A stretch of 62,953 bases of DNA, the filler included, from Reticulomyxa filosa (taxonomy: Eukaryota > Protista > Foraminifera), in the NCBI GenBank assembly GCA_000512085.1. It is 28 parts of 28 records of this genome, joined end to end, with 100 filler letters (N's around TTAATTAATTAA, not from the genome) between each part and the next. Parts side by side here need not be neighbours in the genome. Positions count along the whole stretch, not along the records: positions 51,748 to 54,278 come from ASPP01014126.1; positions 54,379 to 56,186 come from ASPP01019528.1; positions 56,287 to 57,990 come from ASPP01024288.1; positions 58,091 to 61,601 come from ASPP01008364.1; positions 61,702 to 62,953 come from ASPP01007344.1; 23 more parts are not named here. One strand, given 5' to 3'. The notes beneath the pieces are model-generated. The model made no database searches, had not been told where the DNA came from, and worked only from the letters and a program-made list of their open reading frames with translations. Positions 52,174 through 62,953 of the stretch are shown in pieces. Made by a program: the position numbers and the translations under genes. Position 1 is the stretch's first letter, and each line of letters opens with the position of its first letter.

Positions 52174-52680
52174 GTGCTTTGTATGAAATTTTCATCATAT
52201 TATTATCAATGTCATAATACAAATGTCATTTGTTCTTCACTAGCGGACAAAACCATTCGTTTTTGGGATTTCAAACATAATAAACAATTACAAATATTTA
52301 CTGGACATACAGAATATGTCCACGATATTCAATTTTCACTATTTAATGGTGGTAGATATTTATGTTCTGGATCTGATAATAACACAATTCGGGATATTAA
52401 AACATCAAAATCATTACATATTTTCAATGGACATGAAGATGGTATTTGGTGTATTGATATTTCACCATTACAAACAATAATAAAAATTATAACAATAAAA
52501 TGAATAATATTGGTAATTGGTGGAAATGAAAAATTATATTGATAAATAGAAGTGATCAAAAAGATGATGGAGTATTATGTATTAAATTTGGATTATTGTA
52601 AAAGAAAAAAATTCAAAAAATTATAGCATTCATTTATATTATGGCTCAAAAAAAGGTCAAATTTATGTTTTTGGATAAAT
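52174..52680 (+). pseudogene. Degenerate WD40-repeat gene
   Basis: 'DKTIRFWD...FTGHTEYVHDIQFS...LCSGSDN...FNGHEDGIW' with deletions and stops. Confidence 0.8.
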
Positions 52681-53100
52681 TATTTACATTTACAACATTT
52701 TTTAGAATTAATTTCAATTTTTAAAATTATTTTTAAAAATTGTAATTATTGATTTGACCTGGTGAGTGTTAACCTTGCACCCAACTTAGTATATTCCTAA
52801 ATAGTGAACAACACTAATAAAATGTTTTTTTTCTATACTTTTGGTGCATTCTTACATTAAAATACCTTAAAGCAAGCGATTGCATTGTCGTTAAAAAAGG
52901 AAATGCACCAACTAGCAAATTTTTCTATGATTTAAACAAGCTAACAAATGAAAACTTTTTTTTTAGGGTCGTCACAAAAAGTTTAACTAAAGAAAAAAAG
53001 AAAACATGCAACTTCACGATTAGAACGAATACACAGCCTAAATGGCAAAACACAACAATTACTTCGTTCTACACTTCTAATCACCGACATCTACTGGATC

Positions 53101-54160
53101 ATGGACGAATTGATAATGAGCAGCATTGACAGCAAAGCAAATAAGATAAAAATATTAATAAACTTGATAGAGTATTCAATAATAGTGAAAGACGATGTAA
53201 TATATATAACCGCGGAAGAAATGGAAAAGATAGAATGAAAGATAGAGGAGAAAACAAAACCGGAAATGATTTGATGCGGACAAGTAATATTGAAGAGCCG
53301 AACGACACAAAAACAAAAAAAGGAACACAAATGAAAGAGGTACACCAATTTATGTCAAATATATTTTTTTCAATTTTTCAATCCGTCGAAAGCAGCAATT
53401 TCGAGACACAAAAGAAATCATTCGCAAATATTGGTATGTATTCATTTTCACATCATTAAGTTTGTTCGTATTACAAAAAAAGATTGGTTTGAATAATAAA
53501 ATGGACGGTATATTGGATCTCATAACATTTCGTTCACATTGATAAACGAACAAAACGAAAATGCAGCAGTCAATGCTAAAGACGTTGGCGACCGATGCAC
53601 TGCCAAAATGGACGATAGTGAATGCAAATTGATCCAAATTTGTTGCCATATTTGCTTTGTTGGAACGAGCATGATAACGACATAACATTGCTACATTCCA
53701 ACACTGGCGTTGTGATGAAAGAGGTGATTGGCAACCTGGTCAATGGGATTGATACCTACAAAAGACATCAGTTGATATACTTGAACCTATTGCTATTTGA
53801 ACAGTAGACACATGCTTTACAAAGTCATCAATCAGGCGTTGAAAAAAGTTTGCGAATACATTTGACTCGATGGTGCCAACCCAAACAGTGTGCAATATTC
53901 AAAGCAAAAGTGGCTCTTTGGACTAAATCGAGAATCCTTTAGACCACTGGCTATTGAACAACAAGTCGACAGTGTCTTTAGTAAACAGTGACTTCCAGAT
54001 TTACAGACCTCCCCTTTGGATTCTTTGTACTTGTTGTCGCAGTCGTTTTCCAATTCGGATGCTGCTTGTGTCGACCCACCAAATGTGGCTTCATTCAATC
54101 TGGTTTTTCATATTCCTCAATTATCAATGACCGTTCTGCCGCTGATACCTTCGAAGACGT
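53101..54160 (+). pseudogene. Disrupted hypothetical gene
   Basis: Coding-like sequence broken into several short ORFs by stops and frameshifts. Confidence 0.35.
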
Positions 54161-55534
54161 ATGTTTTTTTTTCAAATCAATCAAAAAAAAAAAAAAAAGA
54201 TGTTGTAACATATGTATTGTGTACACTGGTATGCAATTTCAACACAACTTTTTATTGTTTAAAAAAATATATGGACAANNNNNNNNNNNNNNNNNNNNNN
54301 NNNNNNNNNNNNNNNNNNNNNNTTAATTAATTAANNNNNNNNNNNNNNNNNNNNNNNNNNNNNNNNNNNNNNNNNNNNTCTTTTTTTTTTTTATTTTTTT
54401 TTAGTAAAAAAAATAAACAACATATATACATATACGTGTATATATACACACCTCTGCCAAGTGCTGATGCACAAACGCGGTAAACTCAGTCCAACTGATT
54501 TCCCCATCGTGGTTCACGTCTGCGTTTTCGAGAGCTTGAAGCAGCCCCCTCATTTTTTCATTCGAGTCCGAACTCAGTTCCTGTTGTCAGTTGTCCCCCG
54601 TTGTTCTGCCTCATTATATTACTGTTGTTCGCTCAACCCAACGGCGAACATTTTCAATCCACTTTTAGAGTTCATACCTGTGCCATTCTTCCACTTCTAT
54701 TACCCTCGCTTGGTACTAAATATGCAATTTCGAAATTTTTTTCCCCTAGGGTATTACCCCTTTCCCTTTTCTTACAAAAACTTTCTGGTTTGTGCTATCT
54801 GCTTGTTCGGCCCCTGGAAACAGAAAAAAAGAGTAAAAACTGAAGAAAAACTATATTTTTGTTTCTAATCTTCATTTTTATTTTTTTCATTATAGTCATT
54901 TTTGTCTTCGTTTACTTCTTTTTATAATGAATAAACACAAAATATTTTTAAAAAATTACAAATCAAAAAAGATGACATGGAAAAAAGCTGATTAAATATT
55001 TTTTTTCATGGAGAAAATCAATCTCTTTGTAAAGATGCAAACTTTCTTTTTTTATCCGACTGTAGTTTACTTTAACTTTTTTCATTTTCAAAAGGGATGA
55101 TATTTACTGTTGATGATGGCTGCCATTTATTGAGAAAAAAAGGAGGTTATAAACAACACATAATAAATGATTTGTAATCAAGACTTTAACATCTTCTTTG
55201 GTCACATACAATCAAATTTTGTGTTGGAGTTACTTTTTACTGAGAGGATTTTTCATAATTAAACAATAAAAAACTTGGAAACTTTTTGGAATTATTTTGT
55301 TGATAATTTATAATTTTCCAAATATCGACGCTTGAAAAACATAATATATAACACAAGTGTATTCATGATATTTTTTAATTTTCAGTCAAGTCTTTTCATA
55401 AAAAAGCGTATATCAAACAACTTTCCAAATTTTAACATAATTAAATTGAAAAATAAAAGCCAAAGCAAACTTTTATCCATGCCATTTCAATTAAAAAAAA
55501 ATAGGTAACTTTAAACAAAATTCAAGTATTTGCA

Positions 55535-56050
55535 TTATCCACAAACATAAATTAAACTATTGTTTGAACCATAACATAAATTAACACAACTATCAACATT
55601 TAATTTTTGTTCATTGTTATTTACTTTCTTTTTAAATTCTATAAATTTAAGACAGACTACCCCATTAACGTTCATTACATACAATTCATTCTTATTTGAT
55701 CGAATATCCCAAAATCGAATTGTATTATCCAATGACCCAGAACATATCACATTTATATTACTGTTAATAACTTTAATATCATTCTTTATCACAAATGGTG
55801 AATATTCGGCAGACCACACAACACTTTTATGTCCATTGAATACTTGAATTTGTTTATTAGATCGAATATCCCACAAACAAACTTTTGCATCCCATGATCC
55901 AGATAATATTGTATTCATTAATTCATTTGATCCATATTTTACACTATCTACATGACTATTATGTCCATTAAATACATTTAATTGTTTAGTTGTTTCAATG
56001 TCCCATATTCGAATAGTAGTATCCAATGATCCAGAGCAAATAGTATATCA
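55535..56050 (-). pseudogene. WD40-repeat C-terminal fragment, 5' disrupted
   Basis: 'SGSLDTTIRIWD', 'FNGH', 'SGSWDAKVCLWD', 'SGSLDNTIRFWD'; same family as 50372-50772 and 52174-52680. Confidence 0.8.
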
Positions 56051-56323
56051 TTTCCAAGTTTATTCCCTTTGTGTGCCAAATGATTAAAATTTTACTACTG
56101 ATGCAATAAACTGGAATGAAAGAATATAATTTTTCTCAAAGACTACGAATGATACAAGGATAATCTTTTTTTAAAAAAGTATCTACNNNNNNNNNNNNNN
56201 NNNNNNNNNNNNNNNNNNNNNNNNNNNNNNTTAATTAATTAANNNNNNNNNNNNNNNNNNNNNNNNNNNNNNNNNNNNNNNNNNNNAATATATATGTATA
56301 TGTATATGAAATGAATAGATATA

Positions 56324-56829
56324 TTACTGAACTAATTGCCCTTCAATGGGTTTATGTGTATACTTCATTCCAAATGGATACAGTTGACCCCGTGCATCAT
56401 GCAAAAAAAACGAGCCACTGCCAGGATTGATTTCGGACCAAAGATAAGGGCTTTCGTTGGTGAAGTCTCCTTGCACTTTTGGAGGTTGAACGTGTGGGAT
56501 TTGAACATAGTAAACCCCGGATATGAGTGAGTGTTCGTGCGAATGTGGACTATGCCACGTGCCATTGCTATGTACGGTGGACCATATGAACATGCTGAGC
56601 GATCCCTCGTCGCTGCTTTTCGACTGTGCCGATAACATCTCTTCGATCACACTTTCATCGACATTGCACTTCCGTAAAAACAATGCGGCACATTCATATA
56701 CACGCTTTACAAATATCGAAAATTCCAATGGAGGAGATGCGTGCAGCTGCTTTGCTTCGTATAAATGTCGTTGAAATAAAAACCATTTGTCATTCAATGT
56801 CGCCTTTTCATCTTTTCATTTGTACCATT

Positions 56830-56861
<32 letters not shown>

Positions 56862-57270
56862 TCAAAGTATGGTATATTATCAATGCATATACTATTATAT
56901 ATAAATATATACATATACACATATATACATATATAAGAAAATGAAAATAAATACCAACGAGAGAACCCATTTTAATTTTGTTTTGTGATAGATAAGAGGT
57001 GAATTGACTATATTTCTCCAATGCGTATCTAGACAATGCTCGATGCAGACTTGGAGCTTCCACACCATTTGTCTCGGTTGAAACGTTGAAAATCTCAAAT
57101 GGAGATGCCCATAGTAAGTTAAATTTTGATGCGATTTTCTGATCGAAATTTTCAAGGCGGTCGGCTGACTTTGGACCAGGACATGTCGCTTCAGCTGATG
57201 CACGACATGATACAAACAAATACAATGACAGGAAAGTGAAGAGGTGACACAGACCAGATTGAAGAGACAT
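56324..57270 (-). CDS. Secreted 2OG-Fe(II) oxygenase-like protein (TIGR02466-like), 3'-partial
   Basis: Signal peptide; 'WSTVHSNGTWHSPHSHEHSLISGVYYVQIP...LHDARG...PIEGQL'. Confidence 0.8.
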
Positions 57271-57506
57271 TTCGAATTTGTTTAATGCACTTTCTTATTT
57301 TAAAGTTTTTTTGAAAAACTGTGTAGTTAATCACGCTTTATTTGAAAGGAATGTATAGCTAATTTCTAAAGCTGCAATTAAGAAAATGCACTTATGGTGT
57401 AAAAATAGAGTGAATGGCAAATCGGATACGTTTACTTTCTCTCTTAGCCGAAAGAAAAAGAAAGGGAACAACAAAAACACCAGCGAACTTCAAAAAAAAA
57501 AAAAAA

Positions 57507-57990
57507 TGACCTCAAATGCGACTGATATATCTCAAACAAGTAATCTCTCCTACCATCATCATCAAGAATCGGTCGTTTTCAATGTGGAACATATAACTGA
57601 AAAGGACAGGTAATGAACTTCAAACCAGGTTCATTTTTTCGAGGAAAGGGGGGGGGAGGGAAGGGGAGAGAGTATATAAAAAAAAACATTAATCACATAT
57701 TCAAAAAAAAAAAAGAGTGAGGTTGGAAGAGATCCAAAACAGCGACAACGAAAACCATAAAAAAGAGGACACCGTGGTGTTGAAAGATATGGGAGACGCA
57801 ACGAAAGGGAAGGAGAAGTCGGACACAAGAATGGAAGAAGAGGACGAGGACTACATGAGAGATGGGATATGGGAGAAGGACGTGGAGACAGAGACAGAGA
57901 CAGAACAAGAGATGGACATGGAGACGGGAACGGAAGTGGTCGGGAACCAACAAGAAGAAAGTCCGAACATGAACAACGACGACATGACCA
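57507..57990 (+). CDS. Acidic hypothetical protein, partial
   Basis: Two exons flanking an intron (~57610-57716); Glu-rich. Confidence 0.4.
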
Positions 57991-58173
57991 NNNNNNNNNN
58001 NNNNNNNNNNNNNNNNNNNNNNNNNNNNNNNNNNTTAATTAATTAANNNNNNNNNNNNNNNNNNNNNNNNNNNNNNNNNNNNNNNNNNNNCGTTTCATTT
58101 GTATCATCATCATCAACAACAACAACAACAAAACATGCATGTACGTATACATACATATATACATATATATACG

Positions 58174-58204
<31 letters not shown>

Positions 58205-58221
58205 GGTGATGGATTGTAAGA

Positions 58222-58928
58222 TCATACGTATACGTTCCAACCTTGAACGGCAGCCCTTTGAGAATACATGGAAACGTTGGTCAAAGACATAAACGAGGCG
58301 ACTTCAGACGGAATATAAACAGCAATGTCAACGTGTTGAAATAGAGACAGAGTGTAAACGAAGAAATCCCAGAGATTGGAGAGCGTAGGGAAGAAAGGAA
58401 GCAACGCCAGACAGGAATCGGTGGTTTTCCACAGCAAGTAATTCAAAGAAGAGGTGACAAAGAGTGGCGACAAGCGAGACGAGATATCGGTACCGTTGTA
58501 AAACACAATGTTTTGTTGAGTGACAACAGACGAGAATGTCATGGTCAACAAACCAAAGTCGGTGATGGATGTAAAGAGTCGACAAGGATCGTAGACGAGT
58601 CGTACCAGGTCTTGCCACTCTGTTGCATTCAACTGCGGTGTCACGACCGAACTCCATTTCAACACGATCGAGTTATGTGCAAACAGCGTTTGCGCGAGAA
58701 ACGGGATTTCGAAGCGAAAGAACGTGGCATTGCAATACAAGGATGCATTCGACGACGACACGTGCACGTGGAGTGCATGCAGCACTTGCCCGAGTAGGTC
58801 TTGTCCGCACGTGCGAATGGCTTGCGCATCAAACGTCTCGTTCATATATAGCAGCACATTCAAAGTACTTTGGTAGAATAAAAATGAATTGGGACTAAAC
58901 TGTAACCGATGAGGCCATTGTGAGCACA

Positions 58929-58960
<32 letters not shown>

Positions 58961-61329
58961 GCAGGATTTAGAGCAAACACAGATTGACAGTTCAACGTAT
59001 ACGTCGAAAAGGAGCCCATGCTGGAACTGAACACTGTCGCGACCAGATGTGGAGTATCGATCATAGGCAGTAAAATACCGGTGAGCAAATTGTTACGATT
59101 GTTCCAAGGGTTGGGATGCAGCAGATACGACATGGAGTATACGTTCAAAGTGAATACGTACACAAGGTCGTTGTTGTCATCCATGTCGCTGTCCCCAAAC
59201 ACGTGCACGCTAAATGTGTGACTGCCGTCCCACGATTGATTCAGCGACCGCAACGGTATGGACTTCTTCTGCGTGCACGTGGGATACGTCTCGAACGAGG
59301 TCTGGAGCACAATGGGCGGCAGCTGCACCATTATCTGGACAGTCGCGCTTGCAAAGGTTATCGTGGGAGTGAACCCATTGACGGCATGTTGCGTTTGCGC
59401 CGTATTTATCGGACGCACTTGCAATTGAAAGAGATACGTCCGTCCAGGGATCAAGAACTGCGGGCAGTACAGGACCAGATTGACAGATTGATGATTGGCA
59501 AATGGAATTCTATTCGAAGAAGAAGAAGAAGAAGAAGAAGAAGAAGAAGATGATGATGCAAGAGTGGTGAAGTTAGAATTGATACGTGAGGTGGTCTGAC
59601 TGCATGCTTCCAACTGCGCTTGTGAAAGGTAGCCACTCACCTCGATCCAATTGTACTGATACACTTGTGTCCAGTTTGTCGGAGTGAAAATGTCTCCGAC
59701 GATGCGAATGCGGTCCGATTGTGTCACTCTGGGTGTTGTCGTGGCTAGCATTACATGAAGAGGAGAGGGCATGTTTGTTTGAGACATAGTGTTGCTATTG
59801 TTATTGCTGTTAGTGTTATTGCCATTGGGATTGTCAACGATGAAGAGAATGTCGACAGTGTCAACACACGACTGGTGGAAGTGATTGGCGACAACGACAG
59901 TGAATTGGTAGGAGTAATTGAAGCGATGGAATCGAGTGATATTGTTGGTGGAGAAGAACACGACAGAGATGATGGAGCTGTTTTTGTCACTGACAAGCAC
60001 GACGTCTTCGTTGCTGGGATCGTCGCAACTCTTTGAGTTGTTTCGATTCACACAACTCCAAGAAAATGTTAAAGAAGAAGTCAGCGATGACGACGACGAC
60101 GATGATGATGAGTTGCTTTGTAAAATGGAAGGGTCATACGTATATATCGACGCATCCAAGAGGAGAGAATAATTGACAGGGGACCCTACACTTTGAAGTT
60201 GGATTTGATCACCGCCTTTGATATTGCAAATAATGGGAGTATACCCATAGGTAAGCAAGTGAAAGGCAGTGACAACGGGAGTTTTTGAGTTAGAGGGGCT
60301 GCTGCTGCTGCTGCTGCTGCCGCAGATGGTTTGATTTGTGCAAAACAAAGACAAGGAGAAGTTATAGGTGACACCCTGTTCCAAATAATCGTCAATGCTC
60401 AAAAGTAGATTGGTCTCGTTTAAGCGCGTAGACAGATAGTCGCGAAGTTGATTCAAGAGTGTGACATTGGAGGATGTGCCAAAGATAGTGACATTCCACA
60501 TGTAGTGAAATGCATACGTGCTATTAAGTACGCACGTGGAATTGACACGAACGATGGATTGGATGGGTATGTATTGCAGCGTACTTTGATCGTGTCGGGC
60601 GTTCCAGATGGCGCGATTGAAATACGAGAGTCCATTCAACTCCAGTGTGGGCACCACGTGGACAGCACGACGGACCAATGTCTGTGCCATCGCGGTGTAG
60701 TTATACCAGGTCCTCACAACCAACATGAGAATGTAATATGATCCAAAGTCATTGGCAAGCACCGTGAATGATCCATTCGTTTGATACGTCACTGTCTGTG
60801 ACGGTCCTGCTATGATCCATTGGAACACTGCATTTCTTCCTCCCAAATTAGTCGTCTTTGTCGCGTCCAACACAACATTGTCACACACGCCAATATATTG
60901 CGGTGTCGATATTACGAGTTGTGGATACTTTGCATCCTGTGGTCGTATCCACGTGCTCACCTTTATCTCTTCGTTGCTCAACACATTCGATCCGTCGCCA
61001 TTCTTTGACGTATACTCAAACACGTTTGCTCGCAACGTCACTTGGTCCGACAGCTCGATCGTCGCGTCGTCTGTCAAATTCACCGTCAGCAAATCCACCA
61101 CGTCGCTCTTGTTGCCGTTCCACTCGCAACGTGCATTCGTCCCTATCAACGACCTCGTCGTCTCATCCAAGATCTTTGTGCAGTTGCTCGTCGTCAGTGC
61201 CGTCCACTTGATCGCCTCGCTCGCGTGCATCTTCACCTTGAACGACAGGAAATCTCGGGCGAGTACGAGCGAATATGTTATCGCTTCCATTTAAGTCGAC
61301 ATTGCCATTATTGTTTGTTATTTTATATA

Positions 61330-61369
<40 letters not shown>

Positions 61370-61575
61370 GAAAAAAAAAAACAAATAAATAAAATAAAAG
61401 AAAGGAGAGTTTGCACCCAACTCAAAGTATCCAAGGACGATGTTAAAGTATTGGACAGAGGAGGTTGCGAAGGACTAGTTATGTTCGGAGGAGAGCCGCT
61501 TATAAGCAAGCCGCTTGGACGTGCTGTCGTCGGGCACACACTCATTTCGCTACTTACATTGCTGCATGGCACTTG
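58222..61575 (-). CDS. Large extracellular REJ/PKD-domain protein, partial at both ends
   Basis: 1022-aa exon with 'IGVCDNVVLDATKT...VFQW', 'LLLDAS.TYDP...LTFSWSC', 'LIPGRTYLFQL'; many N-x-S/T sequons. Confidence 0.72.
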
Positions 61576-61784
61576 CGTTAGTTTGCGCTTTTTTTTTTTT
61601 TNNNNNNNNNNNNNNNNNNNNNNNNNNNNNNNNNNNNNNNNNNNNTTAATTAATTAANNNNNNNNNNNNNNNNNNNNNNNNNNNNNNNNNNNNNNNNNNN
61701 NCGCCCCTGCCCGACAACATCAAGGGAGCCAGCGCGCCGTTCGATCTGCCGCTGGTGTCGGTCAGGCGCTAGGCGGGCGAAAAT

Positions 61785-62291
61785 TCAGCTCTTCCAGCCA
61801 CAGTCGTTTGCGAGCGCCTCAAGGCTCGTTCGTGCTCCCGAGATATGGAAGCTCGCCGTGACGGGCTGGCGATGGTTGCGGATGATCTCGATCTTGAGTT
61901 CGCGCCCGTCGAACAGCTCTCGCAGGAAGGCGACGCTCTTGTCGTTCCAGATGCCGATGCACTCCCCGCTGGTGCAGGTGTCCCACTTCGCTGCCTTCAT
62001 AGCGCCGTCGTCGACCTGATACTTGAAGCTGACAGGCGACACACCGAGGAAGAGGTCTCTCGCCTCGATGTTCACCACGGTGGCATTGTCCATACAGTAG
62101 GCGGACAAGTGCCCCGTCGCGCTCTTCCCTTCCGCCTCGAACACGCCGCCCACTGTGACGGCGACGCTTCCGGAGCGTTCTCTCAGGAGCTCGCTCGCCC
62201 GGACCGCCATCCAATCGCTGGCTGCAGACGGGCTCGACATTGCCAACAACGACACGCCCACCAAGGCGAAAATCCGGCACTCTTCTTGCAT
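61785..62291 (-). CDS. Bacterial secreted protein, VasI/TagO (T6SS-associated)-like
   Basis: RBS GGAGGAGG before ATG 62291; signal peptide; 'C.DNAT...Y.VD...W...GIW...FLREL...ASF.ISG...L...CGW'. Confidence 0.55.
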   Translation of the reverse strand: MQEECRIFALVGVSLLAMSSPSAASDWMAVRASELLRERSGSVAVTVGGVFEAEGKSATGHLSAYCMDNATVVNIEARDLFLGVSPVSFKYQVDDGAMKAAKWDTCTSGECIGIWNDKSVAFLRELFDGRELKIEIIRNHRQPVTASFHISGARTSLEALANDCGWKS

Positions 62292-62511
62292 CCGTGAGAC
62301 CTCCTCCAATCCACGCCAACGCTGTTGGCGGGCTGCAAAGTTCGCGTTCTAGGATCGTCGGGAAGCCCGCCCGTCACTGTCACTCAAATGAGTGACATTC
62401 ACCTCCGCGTGGTCTGTAATCCTATTTGCGCAACCTGGTCCGGTTGCATCCTCGGTGCGTTTCGCGCCGCACTTGCCCAGACCGGTACTGCCACAAGAGG
62501 ATTGGCAAGCC

Positions 62512-62953
62512 ATGTCTCCCTCGACAGAAGGCGAGGTTATTGAAGGGTTCTATCAGGCCGCTCTGGGACAGATCAGCTGGCGTGACGCCGGACATCTCCT
62601 GGCCAGTCGACTGGACGGCCTGACCTTGATGCTATCAGCGCATGACCCGAAGGCATCTGCAGTCGATGTCGTTTCGACATTGGGTATGTCGAGCGAACAC
62701 CTGCAGCTCTACAGCGAGCGCTATGCCCACCAGGATCTGTGGGCTCTCGGTGCGCTGAAGCGGCATCTGATCGGAAAGGCGCTCCTGGGAAGTCAGGCCG
62801 TCGAAGATCACCTGCTGGAGAGGAGCCCCATCTACAACGAATTCTTGCGTCCAAAAGTGAATATGCACCATCTTTGCGGCGCGATTATCCGGCTTGATGG
62901 TGGCAACTACGCCGTTATCGGCGTGCATCGACCGCGAGATGCCAGAGCATTCG
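62512..62953 (+). CDS. Bacterial LuxR-type regulator, N-terminal GAF-like part (not in the ORF track; runs off the window)
   Basis: RBS GAGGA, open frame 'VIEGFYQAAL...W...YSERYAHQDLW...SPIYNEFLRP...GVHR...F', typical of alphaproteobacterial GAF/PAS-LuxR regulators. The HTH is not visible. Confidence 0.7.
   Translation, partial: MSPSTEGEVIEGFYQAALGQISWRDAGHLLASRLDGLTLMLSAHDPKASAVDVVSTLGMSSEHLQLYSERYAHQDLWALGALKRHLIGKALLGSQAVEDHLLERSPIYNEFLRPKVNMHHLCGAIIRLDGGNYAVIGVHRPRDARAF

Noticed and set aside
51170-53990. TGA reassignment suggested by in-frame TGAs
   Set aside because: These occur in genes that also have frameshifts and other stops; long intact ORFs use TGG for Trp and contain no TGA.
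2445-61701. Regularly recurring TTAATTAATTAA as a CRISPR-like or biological repeat
   Set aside because: Always flanked by exactly 44 N on each side; a synthetic six-frame-stop contig linker.

Overview
This window is not one locus. It is 28 short, unrelated contigs joined by 27 identical 100-nt artificial linkers (44 N + TTAATTAATTAA + 44 N), so adjacency across linkers is meaningless. Twenty-five contigs are AT-rich, intron-containing eukaryotic DNA. Their style (homopolymer-rich introns, degenerate WD40/Kelch-like families, many pseudogenes) resembles the foraminiferan Reticulomyxa filosa, which is an inference. They encode housekeeping genes or fragments: BEACH-WD40, FHA-RING E3, PAP2, ULK/ATG1, ATG8, MBOAT, Oxa1, SYLF, proteasome alpha-1, HRD1-like E3, DUF547, GT60, a 2OG oxygenase and a REJ protein, plus Tc1 and LINE RNase H relics. 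Three contigs are GC-rich and bacterial. Many frameshifts sit in homopolymers and are probably sequencing errors. Most interesting: (1) a bacterial two-gene operon pairing an HTH-less ImmA/IrrE-type Zn peptidase with a divergent class III nucleotide cyclase-like protein; (2) an intronless eukaryotic gene with the ordered catalytic motifs of the glutamine-synthetase-fold/actin cross-linking-domain ligases; (3) a Zn-finger + RelA/SpoT-like nucleotidyltransferase that looks like the effector end of an NLR-like protein; (4) introns with poly-A rather than polypyrimidine tracts before the 3' AG. All family assignments come from motif recognition by eye; no searches were run.
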